From the NCBI GenBank assembly GCA_964270895.1, contig OZ185452.1: 64,000 nucleotides of DNA; one strand, written 5' to 3'. The notes under the pieces are model-generated. The model made no database searches. It worked only from the letters and a program-made list of their open reading frames with translations, and was not told the DNA's origin. The stretch comes from Podarcis filfolensis (Eukaryota). A program made the position numbers and the translations under genes. Of the stretch, positions 11,866-25,375 are shown piece after piece; position 1 is the first letter of the stretch; each line of letters starts with the position of its first letter.

Positions 11866-14507
11866 TTAGGCAAACAATCTTTGTTCATTTACTGACATTA
11901 CCAGATGCTGTTGCAACAACGGGAGCAGCCTGCAAAACATCACTTTCAAATGCAATCTACAAACCAATGCCCTCTACTTCATTTCATTTCATGTTATTGC
12001 AAATGTGTTTTGTTACAATTTGGGAAAGACAAGGATAGTTTTAATGTTTTAAGACAAAAGGTTCACTTGGGGATAGTTCGATAAGAACCTCTTTTCATAA
12101 TCAGAGAGAGATCCTTTTCTCATATAAAAAACAGGCAGGCTGCATCCTGTGTCATTTTAGAGCAAGCCTAAAACCCCAAAGCGTAATTCTTATAGTTAGT
12201 GATTAAGCAGTAAGACAAGACAGATCAATATCACTTCTTTGGAAATTAACTTCTATCCCTCCCACAACAATTAGCCAATGTTTGGCTAGATGCGTTCATA
12301 ACTACAACTGGATATATTCATAGTTACTACAACAACTCTGGCATTCAAGTTTGAAGAAAACAATTGTCCTCAAAGCCTCCTATTTGTACTTATAAAAGAA
12401 AAATGTAGTGCATGACTTGCTAACAAAGTAACTGCTATTAGCTGAACATAGTGACATTTTTGGCATTTTAAAAGAACATATTAACACCTCATAACCGGTG
12501 TTAGAAACTGGGATAGAAAAGCTATTTGCCACATGGAACCTCTGTTGCGGGTGCAAAAACAGAATGGCTAGCCACACACCGCCCCTCCCCAAACGTAGCA
12601 GCACTTTTTATTAATTTGTTTGAAATGCATGAACTAATGCACAATTCACACCAGTGACACATTGTTAGTATCACATTTTTAATGGCAATTCTTAATTGAA
12701 CACCACAAACATGAATGGGGCTCAACCCCTGTAATTGTGGCCAAAACCATAAGCCAGTTGAATAATTAATATTTACAAATACCAGCATTATTATTATTAT
12801 TATGTAAAGGGGGAAGCAAAGAGGCATATGGAAGGCAGCAGCCAGTGATCTAGCAGAGATCTCATTTTGGGGTGGGGAGGCGAGGTGAGGCAAAGCAGCA
12901 TGGAAGGCAGCAGCCAGCGATCTTACTTTGAAGTCAGGCAGGAAGGTATTTCTAGCAGCGGCAATTTTAACCTTGGATCTCAGTCACTATACGCAGCACC
13001 AAGACTTCTCAAACTGCTTGCAATCAGACCATTCCCAGTCACAAAATGCACCTGGTTCCCAGCTAATTTTGAATGCTGCTCATAAATGTCCACAAAAACT
13101 GAATCTGAGTATGTTAAGAGTGGTGTATGCCTGTAGTTATTTAATAAGGACTTTTCAGTTAATAATATTGTCTATTTCCAGACAGTTTAATGTTAAAATC
13201 TTGCCAAGTTATTATAGCTCACCAACAGAAAAAAAATTCCAAGTAGCCAACAGTTTTGCTACTTGCCCCAACCCCCAAATCATAACTTTTCCAGATTCAA
13301 CATTAGCAGATATCAAAAATTGTTTTGCATATTGTTCCATTGCAAAACACTTTATCTAACTGCTTCAACTAAGTGCTGAAAATCAAGTGTCTTTTCTGCC
13401 AATCCAACAACTAAAGAATTAGCTTTCCGGGGAAATGTTCATATTGTTAACAATATGTTACGTGAGGCAAAAGTTACATTTGTCTCCCTTCCCAGTGCCC
13501 ATTCAGAATTGTAACATGAGCATACTTGTCGTTATTAAGCCAACCAGATAGATCACTTTAAATAGAAAATGTTCTTTTGGAATTTATCTGAGTGACTATT
13601 TTTAACAATCCATCTGTGAGAGCAATTAAAAGATCTGTACTATAGGGACATCCTGCTCACACTTTCTGCTCTAGATTAAATTCATGCATTCAACTGCTTA
13701 TAGCATCTGCTATTTAGAATAGTCAACTACCTTGTACATTCCAAGCAGAGAGAGACTTCAATAATCACCTATCATATACCTTTTGGGGATTTGTAATACA
13801 CATTGGCTGGGTATATTTTTGTGGTATAGGCTTCAGGAAGACATTATTGGATTGTAAACAGATGAGCTGCTTGAAACCAACTAAAAGAAACACTACCTAT
13901 AAAAAGTTATTAGTCAGAATCTGGTAGCTCTGGCTTGGCAGTGGTTTTATACCAATATCTTATTACCATGGTTTCAGGGGACAGTCATTCTCATTTCACC
14001 ATACTTTCAGAAATAGCCAATTGGGGCCCTTCCTTTTCAAACATTTCTCAGATCCCAGATTTCTCTTGAATCCTGCATAGCAATAATCTCCAATACACAA
14101 ATTGAGGGTGAGGGAACTCCATGTCTGTCAGGATATGTAGGCTGTGGGCCCTACTATACATAAGCTTGATATAGAAATAACTTGCTACAAAATGGATGAC
14201 CAATTTATGTATTCATACTGGCAACTACTTGATTTGACAAATATAAATATGTTAAAGTGCATTTAAGACTCAAGCTGTTCAATGAGCCAGCAAAAGGAAA
14301 CAGTAAAAAAAAAAAAGGGTTTTCAAGGTTCTAGTTAGAACTAAGTATAAAAGAAAATCTGCTAATGTGTGCTGTGAATGTGGCCCAAATCTGCTGCCAC
14401 CGCCTGACTGCCTGGTGGTCTGCTGTTGTTTGTATTCTCTTCAGTTAAGGTGGTGCCAGAAGGATATATGTAATATGAAGGAAAGGGGGTGTAGTGAGAA
14501 TCTAGAG

Positions 14508-14758
14508 CAGGGGTCAGCAACCATTTTCAGCCGTGGGCCAGTCCACTGTCCCTCAGACCTTGTGGGGGGCCGGACTATATTTTGAAGGGAAAAAATGAAC
14601 CAATTCCTATGCCCCACAAATAACCCAGAGATGCATTTTAAATAAAAGGACACATTCTACTCATGTAAAAACACGCTGATTCCCGGACCGTCCACGGGCC
14701 CGATTGAAAAGGCGACTGGGCTGCATCCAGCCCCCGGGCCTTCGGTTGCCTACTCCTG
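14508..14758. mobile_element. hAT (Charlie/OC1-like) MITE
   Basis: TIR CAGGGGTCAGCAACC / GGTTGCCTACTCCTG; perfect 8-bp TSD ATCTAGAG (NTCTAGAN Charlie preference). Confidence 0.92.
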
Positions 14759-15793
14759 ATCTAGAGCTTGAATGCAGAGTGGAAGGAAAGGGGGACCTTT
14801 TTCTGCCTTCCCATTTCCAGCTACTCTCTGAAGACTGAAGAAAGGACCCACATAAGAGTATCTGTAGGGTAGGCAGGAGAAGCATTTTGCAGTCTTCAGA
14901 TGAGGACTAGACCATATGAAAAATTAACATGATATTTTAACTGGAGCTGACAATATACACAATTCATTTTCAGCTTTGTTATCTTGTAAAAAAAAAGAGC
15001 TTAAGTGCAGCCGCAACCCAGGTTTAAGGTGCCATATGGCGATTAGCTTTTATATATCAGTTTCTACCACTGCCTGTTACTATAAACACATACATTCTCA
15101 AATACACAAAACAACCAATTCACATGTCATATAATTATATCAAAGACAATAAAAGCATACTGAGGAAGTAGTTCAGGGCAAATTGGGTTTTCCTAACCTT
15201 AATGGCATGTCAGTCCCTGCATGCAAGTTAGAACTACCATAAATACACCATGCAGAAGCAATTCAAATTTTAGATTTAAATAAGCAAGTAAGATTTCAGT
15301 GTCATGCATCAACTATGAAAAACACATGCATCACCTCATCCCCCAAAATACTCAATTCTCATAAATGACCTAAATGGAGACAATAGATGTACCACTGTTT
15401 TCTTCTTTGTAACACAAAAAAACTTAATTAAAACTAAAAAAAAAGACCTAAAGTTCAGCATTCTTCACAAACTCTCAAAATTTAATTTCTAGTACAGCAG
15501 ATCCATCCTGTAACTTCCTGATTTCAAAAGAAACTTGTTACACAATATGGAGGGCTGCTGCTTAAGCAATACAAGTCCTAAGTTTCCTTGGGTTCACTTA
15601 AGTAGTTGCATGGCTCTTTGGATCCTGCAGTACTTCTACAATGTAGAGCATCTCTCAAATAACTAAATCTGAAATGCTGAACTATTTCCACTATTTCACA
15701 ACTTGCATCTACTTTCAGGCTAATCAAAAATATATATAGCAAATTTACTTAAAATTAGTCTGTACAAGTTGCAGCCTATTGGAACAATGTTTA

Positions 15794-15940
<147 letters not shown>

Positions 15941-16279
15941 CTACAAGAGAGATTGAAGAACAGGTCATTTTACATATTCAAATATTATATACTGTATTTT
16001 CTATAACAGCTGTCTTAATTTTAGCTATATGTTAGTCATTGGTAATTAGATATACCCTAGGATTTATTGCACCAGTTAAAAAGAAAAGTCACTTAAGCGA
16101 CACATTAGAAGCTAAAAGCAAATTTCATTTTACAAAAATAATCCCATCTTCACCTTCCCAAATGGCTTGAATTTGAAAGTACATTGCACGTTAGAAGGCT
16201 AGAATTGTAGCTTTTATTTTCAAAACAAATTACAAAGTTTACCTTTGTTAACAATGCCTAAATAAATTAGAGTGAGGAA

Positions 16280-16295
16280 ACACACACACACACAC

Positions 16296-16345
<50 letters not shown>
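16280..16345. repeat. Compound (AC)8-(TA)24 microsatellite in intron 3
   Basis: Read directly; (TA)n spans 16298-16345. Confidence 0.95.
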
Positions 16346-16346
<1 letters not shown>

Positions 16347-18253
16347 TATGTGTGTGTATAATTTTTTTAATAATGTATTGTTTTCTCTCGGGTAGCTTAC
16401 ATGGCAATGTTAGAGGTTAGTCTTAAAAAATAAAATCCGGAGACACAATCTGCAACAGTTTCTTAAAGATAAGACTTTAGTAGTTTAATACATAGTAAGC
16501 TTTGTGCTACCATGCTTATGCTTGGTTAGTTTGCTATTCTGAGATTGAAACATGGTAATATTTATCAGGTTCTAAACTGTCATTATAATCTGCTACTAAG
16601 TCCTACATTCCTTAAAGCCAAGCCTCCTCTCTGTTAACAATAGAGAAGGTTAAGTCATGTAATACTGAGCGGTCTGGTTGCAGGGTGATCAGGAACTAGA
16701 ATGTAGTTGACATTTTCTGGATAAGGTCGCCACACAGTTAAGAGGTGCATATGTGCTAAAATACTGACAGGGCACTAGAAAAACCAAAGTGATTAAATCA
16801 TAAAAATGGAAGAAGTGTGGAATGTCTCAGCAAAATTTCATACAATACTGCATGTGTGTATTTTTAAAAAAGATGTCAGACCCAACAGAGCTCAAGCTCA
16901 GCTTGCAGCTATCCCCATATTTAGATTCATCAGCATAAAGAATAATTTACTTTAATATCAGGTAACGTAGGAAAGTGCCCTCCTAATTATTTGCAGCTAA
17001 ATGCAGTCAAGTACTCTCTTGAATACATGTAGTTCCTTGATTGTATCTATATGGGTGCTCCCATAGCTACTGCATATTATAAAAATCCATGATAGACTTT
17101 AAAAAATGAAACTTGATCTTAGGTAGATAAATGCCTTTATCAAAAGGTTTCTGAGCCCTAGTTTCCCCCAAAGCGTTTCCTGTGCTGCCTCAGAAGTCAT
17201 CCCAGACCACTTTTAGAAACCATCTCCAACACAAACATGAAGAGCTGCTTTCAGCGGGAAGAATACGCAAGAGCAGTGGAAATCTTTATACAAACTGAAA
17301 GAATTACAATGTCTGGGGTCACCCACAATGTTGAAACATAATTAAAGTTAGGGAGCCAACAACAAAATATGGCTTGTGCTGTGCTGGGTTCACATGCGCC
17401 ACTAAACCATGGTTTAAAATTACATGTGAACCAGGTCACTGAATGGGGTACTTAAGAGTCACAGCCAAAATTTCATTTAATCTACACTTACTTGGTAGCC
17501 TGTATCAAACTCTGCAACGATTAATGCAGAAAATATCTACTACTATATTCAACATATTGTGCAACAGGAAGTAAAAATCAACAAACTTAATAATGCTGAA
17601 ATCATTAGTGCTTGGAAGCCAGTCAATAGGAAGCTGAAAGAAGAGGAATCTTGTTAAGTAGAACTGTTTTCCAGGTGGGTACACAGGCTGTGGGAAATAG
17701 AGAATGGAGGAAATGCTGTACTGCACTAAAGGCTATAGGGAAGGCAGTTTCTAGATTGAGGGGCATGGTAAATCTTAAATAGAGGAAAATTCCATTAGAA
17801 AATCACCTTCTGGTGGGTTGGAATGCAGAATCTAGATTTCACTCCTAAATTTAATCTTGGCTCTTTTAAATGGCTGTTGCTACAACTTATCATTAGCCAC
17901 TTGATGGAGCTCCAGTTATACAGCTATGATGTGACTGAAGTATTCAGGATCCTAGTACTAAATAAAGAGATTAAATGCCTCTGCAATGGCATCTATCAAT
18001 GGAATAAGAGCACCAGTAAGACAGCCAATTTTTTAAAGTCCATCATGCTCAATATGACATAAAATAAAAACAATAAATATTTCGTACTGATTTAAGATGA
18101 TTAATTCACTTCATAAAATTTATACACTACTTCATTGTAAAAATACTCTCAAAGTGGTTTACAAAAAGATAAAATAAGAAAATCAAGAAAATATTATTCA
18201 TCCAGATTTTTAGGCACATTACCTCCCACTTAGGTACAGGGAATGTATTACAG

Positions 18254-18476
18254 TACGGTGGACCCTCCGGATATGAACTTAATTCGTTCCGGGGGTCCGT
18301 ATGTACCCCAAAAAGTCCGCATCTAGAGATGTTGCTTCTACACACACATGCAGCGCCACTGATAGAGCGCTTCTGCACATGCGGCGAAACCCGGAAGTAT
18401 ACACTTCTGGTTTTGCCGCGTTTGCAACCTGAAAGTTACGTTACCCGAAGGTAACGTAACCTGAGGATCCACTGTA
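18254..18476. mobile_element. Tc1/mariner (Tigger-like) MITE
   Basis: TA-CGGTGGACCCTC ... GAGGATCCACTG-TA; TA TSD; internal AATTCGTTCCGG shared with the 25136 and 40645 copies. Confidence 0.8.
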
Positions 18477-19607
18477 TACATATCTACATGTTTCATGCTT
18501 GTCTTTAATTTCTGGCTCATGATAAACCGATTATCTTTTGATCCACCTTTCTCTACAATACCCAGCACAGACAATGGGCACCGGAGAGGCATCAATTAGA
18601 GGAGGACCTAGAAGATGAGAACACAAATAACTGACTTCCAGGCCACAAGAAGGGAGTGAGACCAGTTCCAATATATCCCATCCTAAACTCTTATAAGCAT
18701 TTGCTGAAGTTTCCCATACACAGCAGCGTTTTCTTAAGGAATTGTGAGGTCTAGAAACCTGCTGTGTAAAATAAATGCTCAAATTGTCAAATGGTTCATT
18801 TCATTAATAGCAGCCATGCTGATTTTAGACGCCTTGCTAGATATAAAGCACCAATTACAAAAACCACATCTTACATCTCACTTTTCTCTTCCAAAGAGGA
18901 TGTAAACTTTAACAATGAGCTGTGCCAACCTTATAATGAACAATTTCCTTTATGAGAGGTTAGTACAATTAACATGAAAAAGTTGAAACTGGAGAATTCT
19001 ATGTAAAGATCCACTGTAGCTGCTATCTGCCTTTCCTCTTCTCTACATTCACAAATTATAAACTAGTCACTCATGTATTGCATTTTAAAGCCAAACTTCA
19101 ACGTTTGCCGGCATTATAGCAAAATACAAAATTTAGCATATTTTAATTATTTAGACTATTTGTTGTACATCATCACAAGATCCCCACAAGCAAGCAAACC
19201 AATCAAAATATACACACTGAAACCATAAAATCGTTAGTAAATACAAATAACTGTCTTGATATTTCTTGTAACATTTTTTTTTAATTCTACCACAAAGCAG
19301 TCCTATGAACTGATCTTGATTAGATTATCATTATTCTCTTTATATTGGGATTCTTGCTCTGAAGTTCTACCAAGCTCAATGGCCTTACTTCCAGATACAC
19401 AGATATAGGATTGCGGCTTTATATTGCTAAGACTTTTAGAAGTGATTCTTTGAGTTGTAGTAATATGTGCTGTTTCATAAACCTTCCAAAAATGTTTAAA
19501 ATACCACTGCTGCTTACAAAAGATTATGAGACCTGAAGCAAATAGGTACACCAACTAGGGATGGGCATGGAATAGTAAGCTATAGGTAGTCAAGAGTCTC
19601 TGAGATC

Positions 19608-19675
19608 CTAGAGTCATAGTTGGAAGGGACCACAAGGGTCAACTAGTCAAACCTTCTGCAATGCAGGAATCTTTT
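19608..19675 (-). mobile_element. CR1 3' fragment
   Basis: GTTGGAAGGGACCACAAGGGTCAACTAGTC...CTGCAATGCAGGAATC. Confidence 0.65.
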
Positions 19676-20656
19676 GCCCAATATGAATAGTTCTATTTGC
19701 AAGTCCAGAAAACATACATGCAGATTGGTATCAAATGTTTAATGTCTCTAAACATCATGTTTGTCACCTTTTAAGTTCTGAACTACATAGCAGACATCAT
19801 ACAACGGTGTGTGACATTTCCATACCACACAAGACTCTTAACACACGTTTAATGACCACTTGTTCTCACAAACAGCAATCAGTTGAGGTGGCAAGCTTGG
19901 ATTGTTTCAGGTTGGAAGGGAAGAGATCACATGACAGAACCCACCCACCCCCGAAACAGTCTTGCACACACACAGAAAACCAACATGCTATCCTAAAATC
20001 CTACTCCTGGACAACCTGCTTTCTATGTGGAGGGCATTTTGTGTGTATTCAACCATGTAAGACTCAGCCTAGTGTATAACACGATATAGGCCCAAGCTTT
20101 AAAAAGGAAAGACAAATGTGAATGTTTTGGCATGTTAGCACTTGGGCTTCCTGTGTGGCTACTGGCTGTGTGAAAGGTCAAAGCTTCTAGTGGGCATTTG
20201 ACAGACTTGGTAGAAGCAGTCTGCTATAAAACAACTGGGGGTAGGCAGACCAGTTCTTAAGAATTGTCATCACACATAAAAAAAGACTATGCCATTATGT
20301 ATTTAATATATTTCTGTGCAGGATTTGTACTCTAGTCACAATGAACTCACCAGTGAAAACTATAGGTGAACACTTGCCCCAGCTTGGGTCTGATCCTGAG
20401 TTGGTCTTTGGAGGTTCTTGAAAACAGCAAGTCTCACTGCTTCCATGAGCCTCCAGAGATCAGCTAAACCCATCTTTATGGGTAATACTAATGGACCAGT
20501 GCTGTATCTAATGACTAATTCTGAAATAAAGCAGAATTAAATTCACTGCCCACAAGCCTAAAGATCTGATTTTGGGTCATGAATGAGATTAGCATTACAA
20601 ACATTGTAAAGTGCTAGATAAAAAATAGCACATAGAACATGCATCCCACACAATTC

Positions 20657-21014
20657 CAGACTCTCCCAAGTGTCCCTTTTTTCCAGCAATAGTCCCACAT
20701 TTACAGAAGCTGCCCTGGTTTCTGATTTGATCCCAGAATGTCCTGCTTTTCCTTAGGACGTCCCTATTTTCATTGGAAGGTACGGAGTTATGTAAACCCT
20801 GAGCTAACGAGACAAATACAACCTTTAGAAGACATCTGAAGATTTTTAATGCTTAATGTTTCACTATGTTTTTATATATGTTGGAAGCTGCCTAGAGTGG
20901 CTGGGGCAACCCAGTCAGATGGGCAGGTTTAAATACTGTAATCAAATTTTTATTATCATTTTTATTATGAAATAGGACATCCCTATTTTCACTGGAGAAA
21001 TGTTGGAGGGTATG
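20657..21014. mobile_element. Older hAT-like element with GTCCC subterminal motifs, interrupted by a LINE 3' end
   Basis: CAGACTCTCCCAAGTGTCCC ... TGTTGGAGGGTATG ends; repeated CATCCCTATTTTC; TSD not recoverable. Confidence 0.4.
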
Positions 21015-23269
21015 CCATTCTCATTTAACTGGATTCACTTCTCTGTCCAACTCCTGCTAAAATTAGTTGTTGTTTTTATACACATTTAGTACTTTTTTGG
21101 AATTCACAGTACTTTATTAATGCTATTGTTTTACTCACGCTCTCTGGAGTGCTGTATGGACTCTTAATGGCATACTGTTTTCATTAATTTACCATAATTC
21201 ATTTAAAATTAAACAGATAAAGCATTCTTTTGCAATAGTTTTGATAAAAAGTTATCCCATACGAATTATTTTGCCCTAGAGACACTGTCCACAATCAATT
21301 CAGGTTATTTCCACTCTTTCCATGATTCACAGCCAAAAAACTCTCCCTATCAGTTGTTACAGAAAGTCAGTCAATAGAGGAGCACTCACCGCTTAGATAT
21401 TCTATCAGTTATTTCTGTACATAAGTTCCATTTGCTATAATTCAGATATAATAAGAATAATAAGAAGAATAAGAAGAATAAGAATAATTTATTAGCTGCT
21501 CATCTGACTGGGTTCTAGGCTGCTTCAAACTAATTAAAACATCAATTAAAACATCCTGGAGGGAGGAAAGCTACACATTCTTAAGATAAGCGAGTTCTTT
21601 AAAATTCTACAGTACTTCCCATTACATATTTTGTTTAATCCAATGCTTAATCCACAGTGAAGTAGCCAAATACTACCACAAAGATAATTTTCTAAGCAGT
21701 TTTGGGACCAAAGATGTATTTAGCTGATCACTGTGCCCATTCTGCTAGATGCACAATAGGATTAGGTATTCTACAAGCATTAAAAAACTTTTGTCAGGTA
21801 AATTGCTAATTTATGTTACAAGTCTGTCAAACAAATACATGGTCAAAAAGGCAGTGAATAAATAAGATGATTACATGACTTCCAGATGCCTCCTGAAAAC
21901 AAATTTGAGGGGGAAATGTCCACAAGTTGTCAAGGGAGGTCATTAGAAAAGGAAATTGTGTTTTTTATCAGAATGCAGGCAGCACTTTTACATACCAAGA
22001 CTTTTCTCACCATTTTATATAACATGTTCGATCATTCCCTTAATCTCTCTTGTGTAGAGAAATGAATAACTCAAGCCAGCTTTCAAGGCCGCATAAAATG
22101 AGCTGCATGTCCTCTTCTACACTAACCAAGTAAAATCTTTAACACCCCTCTTTTATAATTTTTTACTGCAGTGCTTCTTAATACATTACATATTATTCTT
22201 TACAGCACTGGTCTTTAAATGGTGAGTCAGGATCCACTAGTCAGTCACAGTTTGATCCAAGGTGGGCCGTAATAGGAGCACTACCACTACACAAATATTA
22301 TGGTGAAAGATTAAGAAATGGGTCCCCAAACGCATGTTTGGGTTAAAAGTGGGTGCTGCGTCTGAAAAGGTTGAAGATACAGTACCTGCTTTACAGCATA
22401 TCAAATACTTGATAAAAATACTCAATGTTTAAAGGCTGCCAAATTTCTAAAAAGAATGATAAAGCCACCTTCCTTTCTAAACTCTCATATAGCGTATATT
22501 TTCTAATCTCCACTATTTGGCATATCACACATAAGCATAGATCACATCTGCTAGAATCTCTCTTCAATCCTGTTTCAAAGTTTAACAAAATTAACAAAAC
22601 TAAGTTCAATCTGCCAGAGAGCAGGATTTTATTTGTAGTTACTGGAGTTACCAAAAAAGAGGCTATTGGTTTAGCTGCTATGTAATTTAGGCTACAAGTA
22701 TCCTACTCTGTAAGAAGCAACATCAGATACATAGGCCAATTCTCAGAAGTCAGAGAATGCCGAAGCTAGAACACTGTGTATGAATGCTTAGTATGAAGGA
22801 TTGTGTCTTTGTATACAAGTGAGTAAGATGATCCTTCATGTTCCAATAACTTAACCTTATCTATGTTGCATCTGTTATTCTCCAGCACCAGGATAACAAC
22901 TGTGTGTACTAAATTGCCCATGCCAATTTCATGGTCACTATTAGAAGCACAGCAAGCCATTTTTGTTCAGGAAAATAAGTAATGTCACATCTCCCAAACT
23001 GCATTATAGAATCAAGGCTAATATGGTAGGAACTGGTGCTAGAGAAAGGCCCTCCCTGACAATGGAGCATAATTCAGTGATAGAGCACATCCTTTACCTC
23101 CTGAAGTCACACAACCTGTAGTGAGAGGATCTTAGGTGGCACAGCTATGAAACACCTCCTAGGCCTTCAAGAGCTACTGCCCGTCAGAATTAGACAACAC
23201 AAGAAAGGCCACCACTGGTCACGCCAATACGGCATCATACTTTCATAGGGCAAAGAATATTGTATTGTT

Positions 23270-23441
23270 TTTATGCCACTATTCCACCCAAGGATCTTAA
23301 GGTGGAATACACAGGTTCACCTCATTTTATCCTTAAAAGAACCCTTTGAGGTGGGATAATAGTGTGCCCCAAGATGACAAAGTGAGCTTCACAGCTAAGG
23401 AGGGATTCAGACCAGTTCTACTCCAGCACCAACTACACTGG
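23270..23441 (-). mobile_element. Degenerate MIR/Squam3-like SINE
   Basis: Reverse-complement similarity to the 9832 element (head CCAGTGTAGTTGGT, GAAGCTCACTTTGTCATCTTGGGG). Confidence 0.55.
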
Positions 23442-24327
23442 TTCATAAAAATGAACCAGATTCCTGCCATAGAGTCCAATATTTATAATTTCATTAGTTG
23501 GAATCACAATATTTTCCTTCACTTGCATGTACTACTTTTCCTAATCTAAAGGGTAGTGGTTCTCACATTCTGTCCTTATTTTACAAACAAAGCACCATGC
23601 GTACAAACTTTAGGTGTTCCGAGTTTTAAATCATCAACAAGACTGTTCAAGACGAACATGTAGCAAGCACTCATCAGCAGAGAAAGGGGAAGTTGCATAT
23701 TCTTATTATTTTTATAGACTTACAGACCTGAACACATGAATATGGAAGCAAAATACAATCATCCAGAATGACACACAATACATAATTCTCTGCACATTAA
23801 AGTAACCTTCCACAACCTTGTTTTCTCTGATGTTGTTGAACCAAACTGCATCATCCCTGAGCATTGGCTATGCTGATTGGGAATGATGGGGGCTGTTGTC
23901 TACCGTCTGTGGAACCAAGATTGGGGAAGGTTGTATTTAAGTAAAATGCTTGTTTTGCAGTAAAACAGATAAAAGACACTGTCTTATTTCCCTCAGAGGG
24001 GAATTGCAAAATTTATAGGCCCAAGTTTTCCCCTAATGTACACTTCACAGTTGTCCTTTTAAGCACTGCCTGGCCTCTTTGTAAATTAATCATCACAACT
24101 CCTCAGGAGCACAGTTCTCCCATTATTCTGGAGGGAAGAGGCTTATTCAAGTGCACTTCACTATTAGGGCCCTTTAAATACTTTGTTCCAACATTAAGAT
24201 TCCAAATTGCATCAGAAATTCAAGGAAAAAAGTGAGGAAGCATCTTTTTTAGGTCTCTGAGTGCAATACTTGTTTCTATATTGTACACTTCAACCAACTG
24301 GCAGACATGACAGATGTTACACTATAC

Positions 24328-24463
24328 CAGTGATGGCCAAACTTGGCCCTCCAGCTGTTTTGGGACTACAATTCCCATCATCCCTGACCACTGGTCCTGT
24401 TAGCTAGGGATGATGGGAGTCGTAGTCCCAAAACAGCTGGAGAGCCAAGTTTAGCCATCACTG
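24328..24463. mobile_element. Palindromic hAT MITE (136 bp) in intron 3
   Basis: 58-bp arms with 4 mismatches and a 20-nt loop; TSD CACTATAC / CACTACAC. Confidence 0.92.
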
Positions 24464-25135
24464 CACTACACCATACTTCTAAAAAGGTTTAATGTGAACA
24501 TGCAGTGTGCTGGTGCATTCAAAGTTCTTGCTCCACTCCTCCCCAGTTCCTGCTACACTGCCAGGAAACAAGCCTGGCTTGTCATGACATCTAAAACCAG
24601 GTTCATTGTTTGGAGAGAAACAAGCCACAAGTAGTAACCAAGGTTTATTTTTAGAATACGGATCATGGTTTGTTTGAGGAAAATCAAACCATGAGCCGGG
24701 TTTCAGATATCACAACAAGCCAGACTCCTACTTGGTTCCCTGTGGCAGAGCAGAGGAACACAGCATGAACTTTTCAGCAGCATGCACCAGCACACTAGTT
24801 TATTCACACAGAAACAATTTATTCTTCAAACTATGGTTTAATGTGTGATGTCAATAAGCCTATAGGCTAGAATATTGTCAGCTTTGGACCTATGGAAACT
24901 TAGCAATTCTAAAGCCAATCTTAAAAGCTTCTGCTAGGATTGCATTTCAACATCCATATGCAACCTTATGCAACCTTCTTTAACCAAAGAAATTGTTCAA
25001 CAGCAACTATTCAAGGAGTACAGTCATTTTTTTAAATAAAATAGCCAATAGTGAGTAAACTAACACAAGTATCTTTGATCTATACTCTATACAGGCCTGC
25101 ATTACTGAAATCAGCATAAAATTAAACCTCAAGAT

Positions 25136-25375
25136 TACAGTGGTACCTCCAGTTATGAACTTAATTTGTTCTGGAGGTCCGTTTGTAACCGGAAACCGTT
25201 CTTAACATGAGGCGCGTTTTCACTAATGGTGCCTCCCGCTGCTGCCGCACCGCTCAACTTTCGCTTGCATCCTGGGGCAAAGTCCGCAACAAGGGGCATC
25301 TACTTCCGGGTTAGCAGAGCTCGTAACCCGAAGCATTCATTAGGAGGGTGGTACGTAACACGAGGTTCCACTGTA
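25136..25375. mobile_element. Tc1/mariner (Tigger-like) MITE
   Basis: TA-CAGTGGTACCTC ... GAGGTTCCACTG-TA. Confidence 0.85.

Noticed and set aside
17492-17511. Another AG...GTAAGT pseudo-microexon (20 nt), and one ending at ~20351 with a GTGAGT donor
   Set aside because: Weak pyrimidine tracts and no supporting motifs; they show that such matches arise by chance
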